NCBI GenBank assembly: GCA_000165425.1
Contig: CT868023.1
Span: 1-64,000 of the forward strand
Reading direction: 5' to 3'
DNA from: Paramecium tetraurelia
Lineage: Eukaryota
Length of the DNA: 64,000 bases
Part shown: one piece after another, positions 12,292 to 24,533 of the stretch
Numbering within the stretch: the stretch's first letter is position 1
How the letters are laid out: every line of letters begins with the position of its first letter
Notes under the pieces: generated by a model
Seen by the model: the letters and a program-made list of their open reading frames with translations, nothing else
What the model was told of the DNA's origin: nothing
Database searches by the model: none
Made by a program: the position numbers and the translations under genes

Positions 12292-14176
12292 TCAAATTTT
12301 CGATTTTCTCATCCCCTTTCTTAATGATATCCTTGATTGTCTTTGCTTATGTCTTTACGATGTTTAAATTTCCTATGGCAGATTCTCAGTCTCATCCACC
12401 AAAACAATATACTTGCTTACCAATCTCTAAAAGTACTTCTCAACATCGACATGCATAAACAATTGATTCTTCATATGCATCGCATAGATTTCATTTGTGA
12501 TATGATGAATTTCTTGTCTGTAAGAAATAGCTTCAGATGGATCTCTGCATATTCGTAATTTCTATTTGTAGTATTTTAAATCAAATTTGAATTTCTTGAT
12601 TATTTATTAATCCTAAAGATGAATTCTAATTCTATCTCTCATTAATTCAAAAATGAAACAATTTCTCATTTATTAAGCAAAGTCTTTATCTTTCATCACT
12701 TGAAACCACATTACTATAGCTTTATTTCGTTATACAGGTTACTTCTCTTTAATTTCTTACTCCCTAATCTTCTCATTTGTTTTTTCCCATTTTGTTATCA
12801 TTTCCTTCTTATATTGAAAATAGTTAGCTTCAAATAACAAGACATATTTTTTAATGATCAAAATCTTATTAGCTTTTTCAAGCATCCTAACCTTCATGTC
12901 GTAGATTATAGCTCTTTGTCTAAAATATGGGAGTAAGAACTGTCCTTACTTGATTCTTACCAACTTACCAACAATTTTGGCTCTCATCTTCAAAGCAATG
13001 ATAGCATCAACTGTAATTCTTGTGTTTAGGGTTAAGCCTTTAGTTTCAGCTAATTATTTTCTTAAGAATATCAATATAAACTTAATTTTGAAGGCAGCCA
13101 ATCGATATTTTTTAATTACTCGTTTTTTATGGTAATAAATATTTGCTATCATCTGCCCCATTTTAATTATCTAGAGAAGGATTGCCCATTGGTGTTCAAA
13201 AAAGAACTTCTATCTCAAAACGAGGTTTAGTTTCCTTTGTAGTATTTTTTCTTGGTTGGACAATTATTTTGCCTTAATATCAAACTTTTTTTAAACAATT
13301 GCTTAATTTTGAGAGTACTTTTAAAAATTTCTAGTGGACAATACTTTTAGAAATCTATCAGATCTTGAAATTTCATCATAGTATTTATTTTTTTTAATTC
13401 TTGCTTATTCTTTATTAGTGTTGATAATATATTAAAAGGATCGAGAATTAGCAGAGTGGAGATTGTCATTAGTTGGATTGTCTTATAAAGTTTTCAGTCT
13501 ATAATTTTCTTCTTTTTAGATTTTAGATTGAATGTTGAAGGTGACTTCGGAGTCTTTTCTGGAGATAAAAGAAATATAAATAAATTCACCTGTGGTTACT
13601 GACATTTGAAATCCTCTATTATTAATGACTTATTCGCAATTATGATTGGTTGGGAAAGGGTGAACTTAGGAGATCAATACTTAAAATTCACTTGAACATT
13701 AAATGAAACATCGCAATGGACCAACAATATTTAGACAGGAAATTTTCAAATATCTATGTTCCATGGCTTTTGTTAAATAAGTTTTTCCAGAAATAATCAG
13801 GTTATTTTCTTCTTTCTGAATGTAATAATCAGGTTTCGGTAAGATTAGAGTATGTGAATAGGGAACTTAGACTTGATTATAACTATTTCGAAGGAATATT
13901 GATTGTTTAAAAGACATTTTTTAATCCTCAAGAAAGATGCTAGATTGACCTAATTATTGTAAAGAGTAGGTCTCTTATCTTTTAGTAAAGGTTTCGCTAA
14001 TTTCTGTTTTAAAATTCTCTCTCATATAATTAGTAATATTTATTATCACTATCAGATTTTGGAGATTTATTTATCCATACATTTGGTTCTATGATCTTCT
14101 CATTTATTAATGTACATAAAATAACTTAATATACATTTACGACTACTGAACACTCCAATTTTTTAAGGGAATTCAT
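12292..14176 (-). CDS. Hypothetical protein (exon structure uncertain)
   Basis: Long code-6 reading frames from MNSLKKLECSVV to ...RISLRKGMRKSKI*; no domain recognised. Confidence 0.55.
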
Positions 14177-14267
14177 TATGATTATTGGTTAATAAGATGA
14201 TTATAGTATTTTAAAAATAATAAATTCAATGAAGTTTGTATATATTTATTAATTTAATAAACTTCAA

Positions 14268-16601
14268 ATGGAAGAATAACTCATTAATGTCATATTCGAT
14301 CCTAATTTCTAATCTTTTGATTAAGAATTGGCCAATCTAAGTATGGATAAAATGATGAGCATCTAATTCTCAGAAGAATTATTACAAAAGAATTTTGCAG
14401 TTTTGATATCTATATTAAAATAATTGCACAAGGGAATGGTACTCTTAAATTCTAAAGTATCAGATAATTCTGATTGGGTCTAAGTATAAAATGTAGTTAA
14501 AATTAGAAATTGAAAGAAGTTAGTGAAACTCCAGAATCAAAACAGTAGAACAAAGACACAATTGATCAAATCACTGCTAAATTATAGGAAATATAAGAAG
14601 TGTCTCAAAAGGATTATGTAACCAAAGAAGAACTGGATTAAACTAATCAAAAATTTAGTAAATACTATTAACTCATTCAATTTAGATAGAATTGTAAAGT
14701 AGTAAGAACAGGCTTTGCAAGATCTAGAAGGAGAATAAACTGTCTAAGCTAAGAAGATAGAAGACTTAAATAATAATTAAACACAATAATCTGAGTAGTT
14801 AAACAAACTAAGTCAAGAAATTGAAAACATTATGAAATAAATGAGTGGTTTCTAAAATGAGTTGCATGAAGTGGAAGACCGTAAACCAGAACAGATTATA
14901 ATAGAAAAGGAAATAATCAAAGAAGCCCCCACTTAGCCAATTGCTCTACCTATTTAATATGCAGGGAATGATGATGAAATAAAACGATTAAACTAAACAA
15001 CCCTAGAATTAAGTAAATATGTACATTAGAGCTAGAGTAAAAACAAGAATAGTTGTCATAAGAATTAGCCAATTTAAGGGAGGGACTAAATAATATAAAG
15101 GTTCCTGAGGAAAATCAACCAGTAGACTTATCTGATATCAATAAGAAATTGGATGGCCATGAAAGTGAGATTTAATCTTTATTTGAAATTGTTGATAGCG
15201 TGAGATAGAAATTAAAAGATTAAAATAATAATTAACAATCTGATGTCTCAAGTGAAGAATTAATCTAAATTAAAAATGATATAAAGAAATTGCAATCATA
15301 AATTGAGGCTTTGTAGACATAATTAAACTTAGCCACTTTTGGATAGGGTTAAGACATGCAAGAGAATTAGGTTGCATTAATTTTGGCAGAAATAAATAAA
15401 TTAAGAGATCAATTATAAAATTATTGTACAACTACAGACTTTTAGAATGAGAATGCTAAGAGGGAACTGAGGATCAAGTTTGTATAAGACCATGCTGATG
15501 AAGAGTTAGAAAAGGCAAGAAGAGAATTCAAAAGCAAAGTAGACAAGAAGGTTGAATAAACAGAAATTGCTAAAGTAGAGAAAGACATAATTTAATTGAG
15601 AGAACAATTAGGAAAATCACAATAGAGAAAATCTTAACCTAATATTGAAACACCATTGAGACAATCAAATGTAGAGAAAGAATTACAAAATTAAATTAAA
15701 GAATTGTAACAATCAATAAAAGAAATTGAGGGGTATATAAGATTTAATAATTGTTTAGTGATTTATTAATACACAAAACCTAAATGAATTAGAATAATCA
15801 ATTAACTCATGTGAAATTAACTGAATTGGAGAAAAAGATTCAAGGAATTCAAACAGATAAAATTTATATTGAATTATAGAATTAAAGAGAATAGATGGAT
15901 TTAATTAAACGTGATTAAGATTAAAATAAAATTAAGATAAACAATTTTGGAAAGAAGATTGAATCAATTGTAACTAAAGATGAACTATTCTAAACTTTTG
16001 ATCCTAAAATTAAATAGGTAAGAGATGAAATTCAAAAAGTTGGAGATGAAACTTAACTAAGCATTGACAGAAAAGCTGATGCCTAAGAAGTCAAAGATTT
16101 GAATCAAGCATTTTTGGATTAATTGCAAAAGGTTGTCACAGAACTAATCAAAACATTAGCCAATAAATAAGAAACCAAGAAAGCTTTGATATATCTGGAA
16201 TAAAAGGTATATTAGAATTACTAGATAGATTAATTAAATATTCATGATACTTGAAGGAGATGGATCAAAAGATCAGGATTCCTTATTTGCCAAAAAACCT
16301 CTCTCTTGGAGTTGTGCCTCATGTGACAAGGACTTAGATAAATATAAAGGACAATTAGGCGACTTCAAAAACTGGGCTGTATTCCCACCTAAGGAAACAT
16401 CCCCTGAGAGAATGGGCAAAGTACATTTTGAGCAATAATCACTAGTTTGGAATTGGGTATAAGAATATGCAAGAAAAATTGAGATCTCACAGGGAAAAAT
16501 TAGATAAGGATAGAAGTTAAAATGAGAAAGATTCCAGTTAATAATAATAAAGCATGACATTAAGTCAAAGTTAAACTCAATTACCAAAAATTAAATAATG
16601 A
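14268..16601 (+). CDS. Coiled-coil protein with a C-terminal CxSC motif
   Basis: MEEQLINVIFDPNF..., long E/K/Q-rich heptads, AKKPLSWSCASCDKDL motif, several short introns. Confidence 0.75.
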
Positions 16602-16672
16602 TGAGGTCTTTATTTCAATATAATTATAAAACCAAAATTTATCATATTAAAAGAGATAACTATTTCTTAATT

Positions 16673-18979
16673 ATGAACACAAACAGGTCCTCCTCAACCA
16701 AAAGATTTGTAATGAATTCCCCTTATAAATATCCTTACATATCAGAACCAACACCTGATGTCTCAATCAATTAAGGGTTTGATTTACTCTGGAGATAACA
16801 TTCTTTAAAAATATTTTGTGCCATCACTAAATTTATTTTGAAACTAAAAACAGCTGCTGAACGCTATCGATTTAAAACTGTTACATATAGAATACACGAA
16901 ATTATTGGAGACTAATCATCCAATTATGATTTTTATTAAGACAAAAACTTAGTCTTTTCAAAAATTTCATTATCTCAATCAATAATTAAATACTTCAATT
17001 CTATAATGCCACAAATTTAAATTGGAGTTATTTAACCTGACAGTAAACTTAAGTTACTATTGGATTGCTGCATTTTAGTTTTTGTAATTATCAACATATT
17101 TTATATTCCTATGGAATTATCATTTAAAATCGATTACAACTAAGAGGTAGATTTTTTTTTTAGTACTTTACCTAGTTACATATTCCTATTGGAAATATTA
17201 CTTAATTTTAATACAGCTTACTATTCAGAGGGCATGATACATGAAAGTAGAAAAATGATATTTAAGCATTATATTAAAGGAGATTTCATTAAGGATATAA
17301 TAGTTGTCATACCCTTTCTCATATCATAGTATAATATTCCATATATCAATTTTGTCCTCCTACTAAGAGTGACGAGAGTGACTAAGATGGTTGAGCAAAT
17401 TGAGGAAATCACATTAATAAGAGAAAAATTTGCTGCTCCTTTAGATATAATAAAACTCATGTTTTTTATGATCTTTGTGTCCCATATTTTTGGGTGTGCT
17501 TGGCATTATGTTGGTCAGTATGAAATTACATAAGAAATAGATAATTGTTGGTTAATTAAGTATAATTTAGATAATTCTGATTGGGCCACCAGGTACGTAG
17601 CATCTCTATATCTTGCTACTGTTACAGCCTTTACTGTAGGTTATGGTGACATAGTACCATAGACAACATATGAGCAAGCATTTTTGATATTTATGGTACT
17701 TGTTACATCTTTAATTTTTGGATATACGATATCATCGATCTAAACTATATTTGGGTAATTAAGAGAGAAAACAGATTTGCATAGGAATAATATGGCAAAA
17801 GTAAATTCATATATGAAAAAGCATAAATTGAATCCTTTATTGTAAATGAAAGTAAGAAAATATTTAGACTACTTTATTGATGTGGATGACAGCCCAGAGC
17901 AATTATTAGATAAATTGAATGATGACTTGAAATTAGAACTAAAGTCAAATATATATGTTTAAGTGATGAAGACCTGCTCAATTTTTTCTAGATTTTCTGA
18001 TTAAACATTAAAATAGTTAAGTAAGGTAGTGAAATCTCAAACTTATATACCTGGTTCAATAATTTTCTCATAAGGAGAGTTTATCAATACTGCATGCTTT
18101 ATCATAAAAGGTGTTGTTGAGTTCAATATCAACAAAGTCTCAATTGCAACCTAATACAAAGGATCATTAGGATCAAAAGAATTTATTTCATCAGAACAAG
18201 CACACTACCATGCCAAAGCTACTCAATTTACAGAAGTGGCATATATAACTTAGTAAGAATTTTTCAATGTTCTCAAATCAGATCAAAGCAGTTATGAACA
18301 ATATTGCAGTTTAAGGGATGATATAATATTTAATCTGATACCAATTTAATGTTTGATTTGTAGACGCACTCATGAACTAATGAATTGTCCTATTGTGTTT
18401 TATAAGCCTCCATAATTAAAGATAGCATAGGACAAGAGTTTAAATGTGATTTTGGATAGATTTCCTCAATCTAGGAAAAAGCAATTGAAATCTAAGGCTA
18501 TTACTAGGATTTAAGAAACAATTGAGTATGCTTTAGAAGCTGCTTTTGACTATGGAATTATTCAGGAAGAAGTGAACGAGGATTTCCTAATGAGGTGTGG
18601 ATATAAAGAGAAAAAATAGGGACAAGTCAATCCTAGTCATAGTTCTCAGATTGAGACTGGGAAACAATAGATGGATTTGTTGAAGCCTCCGAAGATGTAT
18701 AAGAAGATATTTCAGTCGAGTGAATATAATTAATCAGAATATGCTTAAAATGATGATGAGAAATAATTGGAGTAGATTCATAAGGAATTTTTAACATTCA
18801 AAAAGGAGGATATTGAAGGGATTGACAAAAATGAGGAGTTGGTATGTTATAGAAAAAAGGAGAATTTGAGTAACATCCTTAACTGTTTAAAAGGGAATAA
18901 ATACAAATTAGAAAATACTAGAATAACTCGAATGAAAACTTATAAGTTTAAATCATTTCTCAAGTTTGGGGTTAAGTGA
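16673..18979 (+). CDS. Cyclic-nucleotide-binding-domain K+ channel (KCNH/CNG-like)
   Basis: Intronless 2307-nt ORF; six TM segments, pore signature TAFTVGYGDIVP, C-linker and CNBD. Confidence 0.93.
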
Positions 18980-18998
18980 ATAATTAAATATATACTAA

Positions 18999-19348
18999 TC
19001 AATCTTCTTTTACTATCCAACATTTTTCACATACATCATAATCACATTCTTAGCATCTATATGCTCCTCCAGAAATCGAGCCTCTGCAAACATCGCAAGA
19101 ATGATATTTCAAAGTAGGAACATATTTCAATCTATTATTGATAAAATATACTCATGTCCGCCCCCACATATATCTCCCATTACAGGAGGCTATCTGCATT
19201 TTACACAATAATAGAGATTGCATTAGACACATCCATACCTGCACATTGTGTCAACTGGACCGCATTGAGCACATTTCTAGATATGCTTCTTCACCCATTG
19301 TAGCTTATGATTATTTTGACACATATCATTTGCTGCCCAATTAATCAT
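18999..19348 (-). CDS. Small Cys/His-rich protein with two C1-like/ZZ-like zinc-finger modules
   Basis: CQNNHKL..CAQC..YGCVQCNLYYCVKC and CGGGH.LKY..SCDVC..YRCQECDYDVCEKC; one 20-nt intron. Confidence 0.8.
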
Positions 19349-19391
19349 TATTTTTACTATATTATCAATATTAAAATTATCACATAAATCA

Positions 19392-19796
19392 ATGAATAAT
19401 CAAGAATCTCTTGATAAAGTCTTACAGCTAGGATAACAATATGAAGAATAGTATTAAATCTATTTCAAAGTAGGATCTAACAAAGAAAATAAATATAAAA
19501 TGCAATTGAAATTGTAAATCAAACTGAATAGCAGATTTTAAAAGACAGAAAAGAAGTTGAAAAATACCTATAACCGAAATGATAAATTTGATTAAATTAT
19601 ACATTTGATGAATCAATTCAAAGATTTATCACTATATGCATTTCGACAATCTGCGTCTATTTTACCTTATTAAGTTTATTTTATTTAGAAAGAAGATAAA
19701 GCTTCTTTAATTTAAGTTTATTTCAGCAAAAAAGAATACATCTTCATCTTTTTTTGCTGTGGTTTATATAATGCATATAGTGTTTCTCTACAATGA
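19392..19796 (+). CDS. Hypothetical 134-aa protein
   Basis: Code-6 ORF MNNQESLDKVLQLGQQYEEQ...; no homology recognised. Confidence 0.35.
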
Positions 19797-20089
19797 TTTC
19801 AATAATTTAATCAATTAAAATTTAGTTGATTTCGATGTTTAGGATGATAACTTAAAACTATATTAGAATTTCATTAGTTATCTTATTCAAATTTAACTTT
19901 ATATAAATTAAATAAAAATTATGCCTTTTGATTTTTTTTATTTACAACAGAATAATAGATAGTTATTAATTAACTTAATTAAAGTATCAATAATAGAATT
20001 ACTCTTTGATCTTAAATTCTGATTTTGTATTAAAAAATCCTAAATTTATATTATATCATATTATCAAATTAAAGGTAATATTAATTTTA

Positions 20090-21118
20090 ATGCAAGCTTA
20101 ATCAATAGGAGAAGTATTTAGTTTAAATAATTTAGGATTGCATGGAACTGTTTGATGCAAATACTTATGGTGATGGTCAAGAAAGAAACTGTGGATTATG
20201 TTATAAGCCTCCAACTTATGAAGAAATCGAATAAGAAAGTAGAATAAACAATAAAAAATTGATTCCCAATGATAAAGAAAAATTCATTGAGCTTATACTA
20301 AAGGAACAAGTAATAAATAATATTAATATGATTAGTAAGTGAGATTGGATAAGAACGTTTAAGATTTGTATGGATAACTTAATTATTCAGGAGTAGTCGA
20401 GGAATTAATCCATGCCGAAATATTTAAACATTTTGGCTATGATGATTGCCCATTAAATCATAAATTGTACTATGCCTTGACTAGGAAATACATTAAAGAT
20501 CCTGAATTGAAGAAGTAAGTATTTTTTTGGAGAAATAATGTAATGCATGGATCCAAACTTGGATTGAATGAATAACCACCTGAAATCCAATTGTTGAATT
20601 TAGAATAGTAGAAGGTTGCTTTATAAGAATTAATGCTTAAAAGCCATAAGGAAAATAGATTGCTTGTTGCTTTTGCTGGCAGCATAACATGACCTCCTTA
20701 TCGTGAGGCCATGGCTGATTATATTGCATTTGCGTAGAAGTATAAGGAGATTTGCAAATGCATCATCGTCTACATAAAGGAAGCTCATTTCGTTGAAAGA
20801 GATTAGGAAGGGAAGTTTGTAGATGGATGGCCAATTGGCTTTTACGATTATGAATATCCATAACACAAAAGTCAGGAAGATAGATTAAAGATGGCTAAGA
20901 CGCTCAAGGAGGAGTACTCGATTCCTGATGAGTTTGAGATTTATTTGGATATATTCCCTTAAAATTAATTTGATGAGACATTTGGAATTTGGCCAGATAA
21001 CATGGTTGTTTTCAAGGAGCTTAAGTTTATCTGGAGGGGAATTGTAAACTTAGATGGATCAAGAGATAAATATCATTCTAAGTTATTGGAGGATCACTTA
21101 AAGTAACTTAAATATTGA
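20090..21118 (+). CDS. Iodothyronine deiodinase-like selenoprotein (UGA-Sec at 20690-20692)
   Basis: After two short introns the frame reads ...LLVAFAGSIT(TGA)PPYREAM...VYIKEAHF..DGWPIG..HKSQEDRLKMA..FGIWPD, matching the deiodinase motifs FGSCTUPPF, YIxEAH..DGW and HxxxEDR; the frame stays open for ~140 codons past the TGA. Confidence 0.9.
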
Positions 21119-21131
21119 GTTGATTAACATT

Positions 21132-21201
21132 AGTAATCATTCACATGACTTCTATTGGTAGAAATTGGAATATTAATAGAATGAAATATATGATGATTAT
21201 T
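21132..21201 (+). promoter_or_regulatory. Eukaryotic SECIS element in the 3' UTR
   Basis: Helix I AGTAATCAT/ATGATTATT; core ATGAC (21145-21149) / TGAA (21182-21185); 11-bp helix II TTCTATTGGTA/TATTAATAGAA; apical loop GAAATTGGAA with unpaired AAA. Confidence 0.88.
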
Positions 21202-21225
21202 TTACTTAATAATTCAATATGAATT

Positions 21226-23034
21226 TCAAACTGAAATGGATGCTACTTGGGATTTCAGATCTGAAATTTGGGAAGCAGCTTTGTTATTTTACATCACAAT
21301 TTCTTTGTTCACCTTTCTTAGTTCTCTAATTTCAAGTGCTAGTAATTTAATGTTTTTTCCATAACTGAATAACAGTTACTTTGTCTCTGTTAACTCTTAC
21401 TTTATCTTAGCCTTTTCAGATTGTTCATTTTCCGTCTCGATTTTATGAGCCTTGATACTAGCTTGCAATGTCTTAATCAAGTCTTACAAACCTTTAGTTT
21501 ACTCACTAAAATTATAGGAATGCTTACTTCAAACCCTTGATCTCATTGTTGTTATTCTGAATTCTCGACTATCTATCTTGGATCATTTGTTCAAGAATAG
21601 TTTATTTCTGAATTAATTGCCAATGTTATTCGACTAGGTAATATATTAAGGAAGATTGAGATCTACATTCAATGTTAATGTAACTTCCAAATACATATAG
21701 CGAAGCAAATATCCTTTGCATTGTTGCCAAATATAATCCAAAGAGACCTACATCTGCAGCAACAACAGTGCCTAAATTAAAGATCTTCTCTTAAACATCT
21801 GATTAACTTGTTTTTAATTTCTTTAATTGATTCTATCTTTCTTTTTAAAATGCTTCTCTTTCATTTGCATTTACAATCAAATTGGCCGTAAATTGACTCA
21901 AATTAAATGGATCTGATTTTAATAGATTAGCCGTCTGTTAGGAACGAGAAGCCATTGACTACACAAAGGTCTTTAGACCATCTGTGGAATCTGGATTTTC
22001 TATATGTTCTAGTCTTCCCAAGAATTATGTTCCTTTAACAAAATTGTTAGCCTCAACGATGATTGGATCCAACCATTCATTTGGATTCAAAAAGGCATCA
22101 AAATACTTAATGATTTGAGTCTTTACTACTTACTCAGGACAATCATTTGACAATTTCTTGAATAAATCAACTTGTTTTGTTAACAACTTCATTTATGATT
22201 GATATTAAATAGTTGAACATCTTATGACTTGTGGAATTACCAATTTGAATTAACACAATGCAAAATATATAGATTTTTTTGACAGACAGAGATTCACAAT
22301 GTCTTTAGAACTCAAAAATGAAATTAATTGGGTTTTAATCTTAGTTGCTATGATTAATTCGAAGGTGGAAAAGGGAAAATCAGATTTCTCATTGAGATTC
22401 AAAAAGTTTGATGTTTTTATTTTTTTAATGGCATTTGTCTCCTTTTACAATTTAACTAAATCTACTTGAGAATTCTTCAATTTATCAGATAATTGAAGTT
22501 CATTATTCTTTATACATATTATCTCTTATTCCTTTAGTGTTAACAACTCTTACTTTTATGCTAATTATTCTTTATACAGACAAGCCTACTTTTCGAACTC
22601 TTATGCTTATTGAGCGAGTTATTGATGCAATGCTTATGATTCATTAGTGAGCTAATCAAATAGAATGCCTATTATACTTCTTGAATTTATTTTTCATAGG
22701 CTGTCTCTAAACTCGTCACGAATTACTCATGATTGATTGTTTTATGCTTTAAATCTTCGTATGCTTTTTTTAATATATTAAATATCTAGTGCTCCTTCTA
22801 CAAGACTGAAGCGTATTTCTTTAACTTCTTTAAGTTATGATTTGCGTCGGAAATCACTTCAAGAATTTTATCTCGATTCCTTAGCAATGCCTGATACATC
22901 ATCTCTACCCTTTCATCTTTTGATTTCTGTTGATCCAACTCAAACAAAAATGGGTTCAAATCAGAATCATCAGACTCAACAAACGACTCGTCATCTTCAG
23001 GATATTCGATACTTTCAAACTAAAAATTACTCAT
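21226..23034 (-). CDS. Hypothetical coiled-coil protein
   Basis: MSNFQFESIEYPEDDESFVESDD... to ...SDLKSQVASISV*; heptad-rich. Confidence 0.7.
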
Positions 23035-23115
23035 TAAATAAGATTATAATAAATTGGAGAGAGTATTATTGGAATAAAAAACCAACATACTCATTTTAAA
23101 ACTGAATACTCATAA

Positions 23116-23628
23116 TCACTCCTATTCTTCTTTAACAGGCTTACCAAACTATTATTACGTAGCAAAACACAAGTATTAGCTAATTTATCTATATATATAT
23201 AAATATACTTAAATCCAATCTTAGGTAACCTCTTTCTTATTTCCATCATTAAATCTACCCTCCCATTCCCAATTTTCCTTTTTGTTCCTGCCTTTCTTTA
23301 TCTGCATTACTTTTTCCCTACTCTCCCTGAAGTTTTAAATACTTTCAGTATTGCTTTGGCCGTTGACAGTTTTATAGAACACTTTTCAGAAGCATTTTTG
23401 ATAGATATTCCATCCTCAGTTATCATCTTGATTAATGAGTTTCTTTATTCATCTGTTATGACATTGTATTTCTTAGATGGAACTATTAATCTCTAAATCA
23501 TGTGTACTTTTGTATTGCTTTATGTTTTCTTTCTTCGTATTGACGTCATTTACATAGCTCTAAGATGTGCCGAGTTTAGGAAATGGACAATAACTTTTAT
23601 CAATTAAATCCGAATAAAATGCGAACAT
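23116..23628 (-). CDS. Small helix-turn-helix (homeodomain-like) putative DNA-binding protein
   Basis: KKYNVITDEQRNSLIKMITEDGISIKNASEKCSIKLSTAKAILKVFKTSGRVGKK; two short introns; paralog at 50090-50612. Confidence 0.75.
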
Positions 23629-24533
23629 ATTATAAATAGATATGTTTGTTTTAAAAAGTTTTCAATATTTAATATATAACAGAAGCAAAGAAATTGTTCC
23701 CATACTTAAAGAATCCAATTAAATCTATTTCTAAAGGTTCATTTTTGAAACTTAGAATATTCCATTTTTTACATACAGCTATTTTGTCAACAATCTCAGT
23801 TACTCTGCAATAATCAAATTTTTATCAATTTTTGAAACGATTTAAATTCAAACATAAAATTAATTTCATATTCTAGTCATCATGTATAATATTTGTGATT
23901 AAATAAATATTATAGATATTGTTGTTTATTTATTTGATATTTTACACTGACATATTTGCACCATTTTTGAATAATATGCAATCTTGACTTTTTTTTATTT
24001 ATACTTGATCTTACAAAATAAGCTTTTATTCCTTTATAAAACAATTCTGATTGCGTAGCATAGAATTTCAGATACTTTCACCCATCTGTTTCAAAATATG
24101 TAACAAAAATTGATTGAATTACGGATTTTAAAATATTATTCATTCGAATTAGATGAAGCAATTAGAAACTTTTAGTAAGATTGGGTTATTGAATAATTTG
24201 TGGTGAATGTTAGTAATTATTAATTAATAATTAATCATAAAAATTAATACTTATAATATAAATAGCAAATAACATAATTAGTGATTTATTTTTTTTTACA
24301 TTTCAATTAATAATTAGTCAATTTCTCATTTTATTCATAAGCTAATCAAAGAATATTGGAAAAAATATACAAATACATTTGATCTATATTTTATGATTAA
24401 TGTAATATTGATAAATTTTGAATTCTAAGTTATAGAATAATGAAAAAAACTAAGAATTTATGATTCTCTATTTCTTTTTGATAATTCGATTATATATTCT
24501 TTAAATAAAAATTTATGAACTAATAATTTATTA

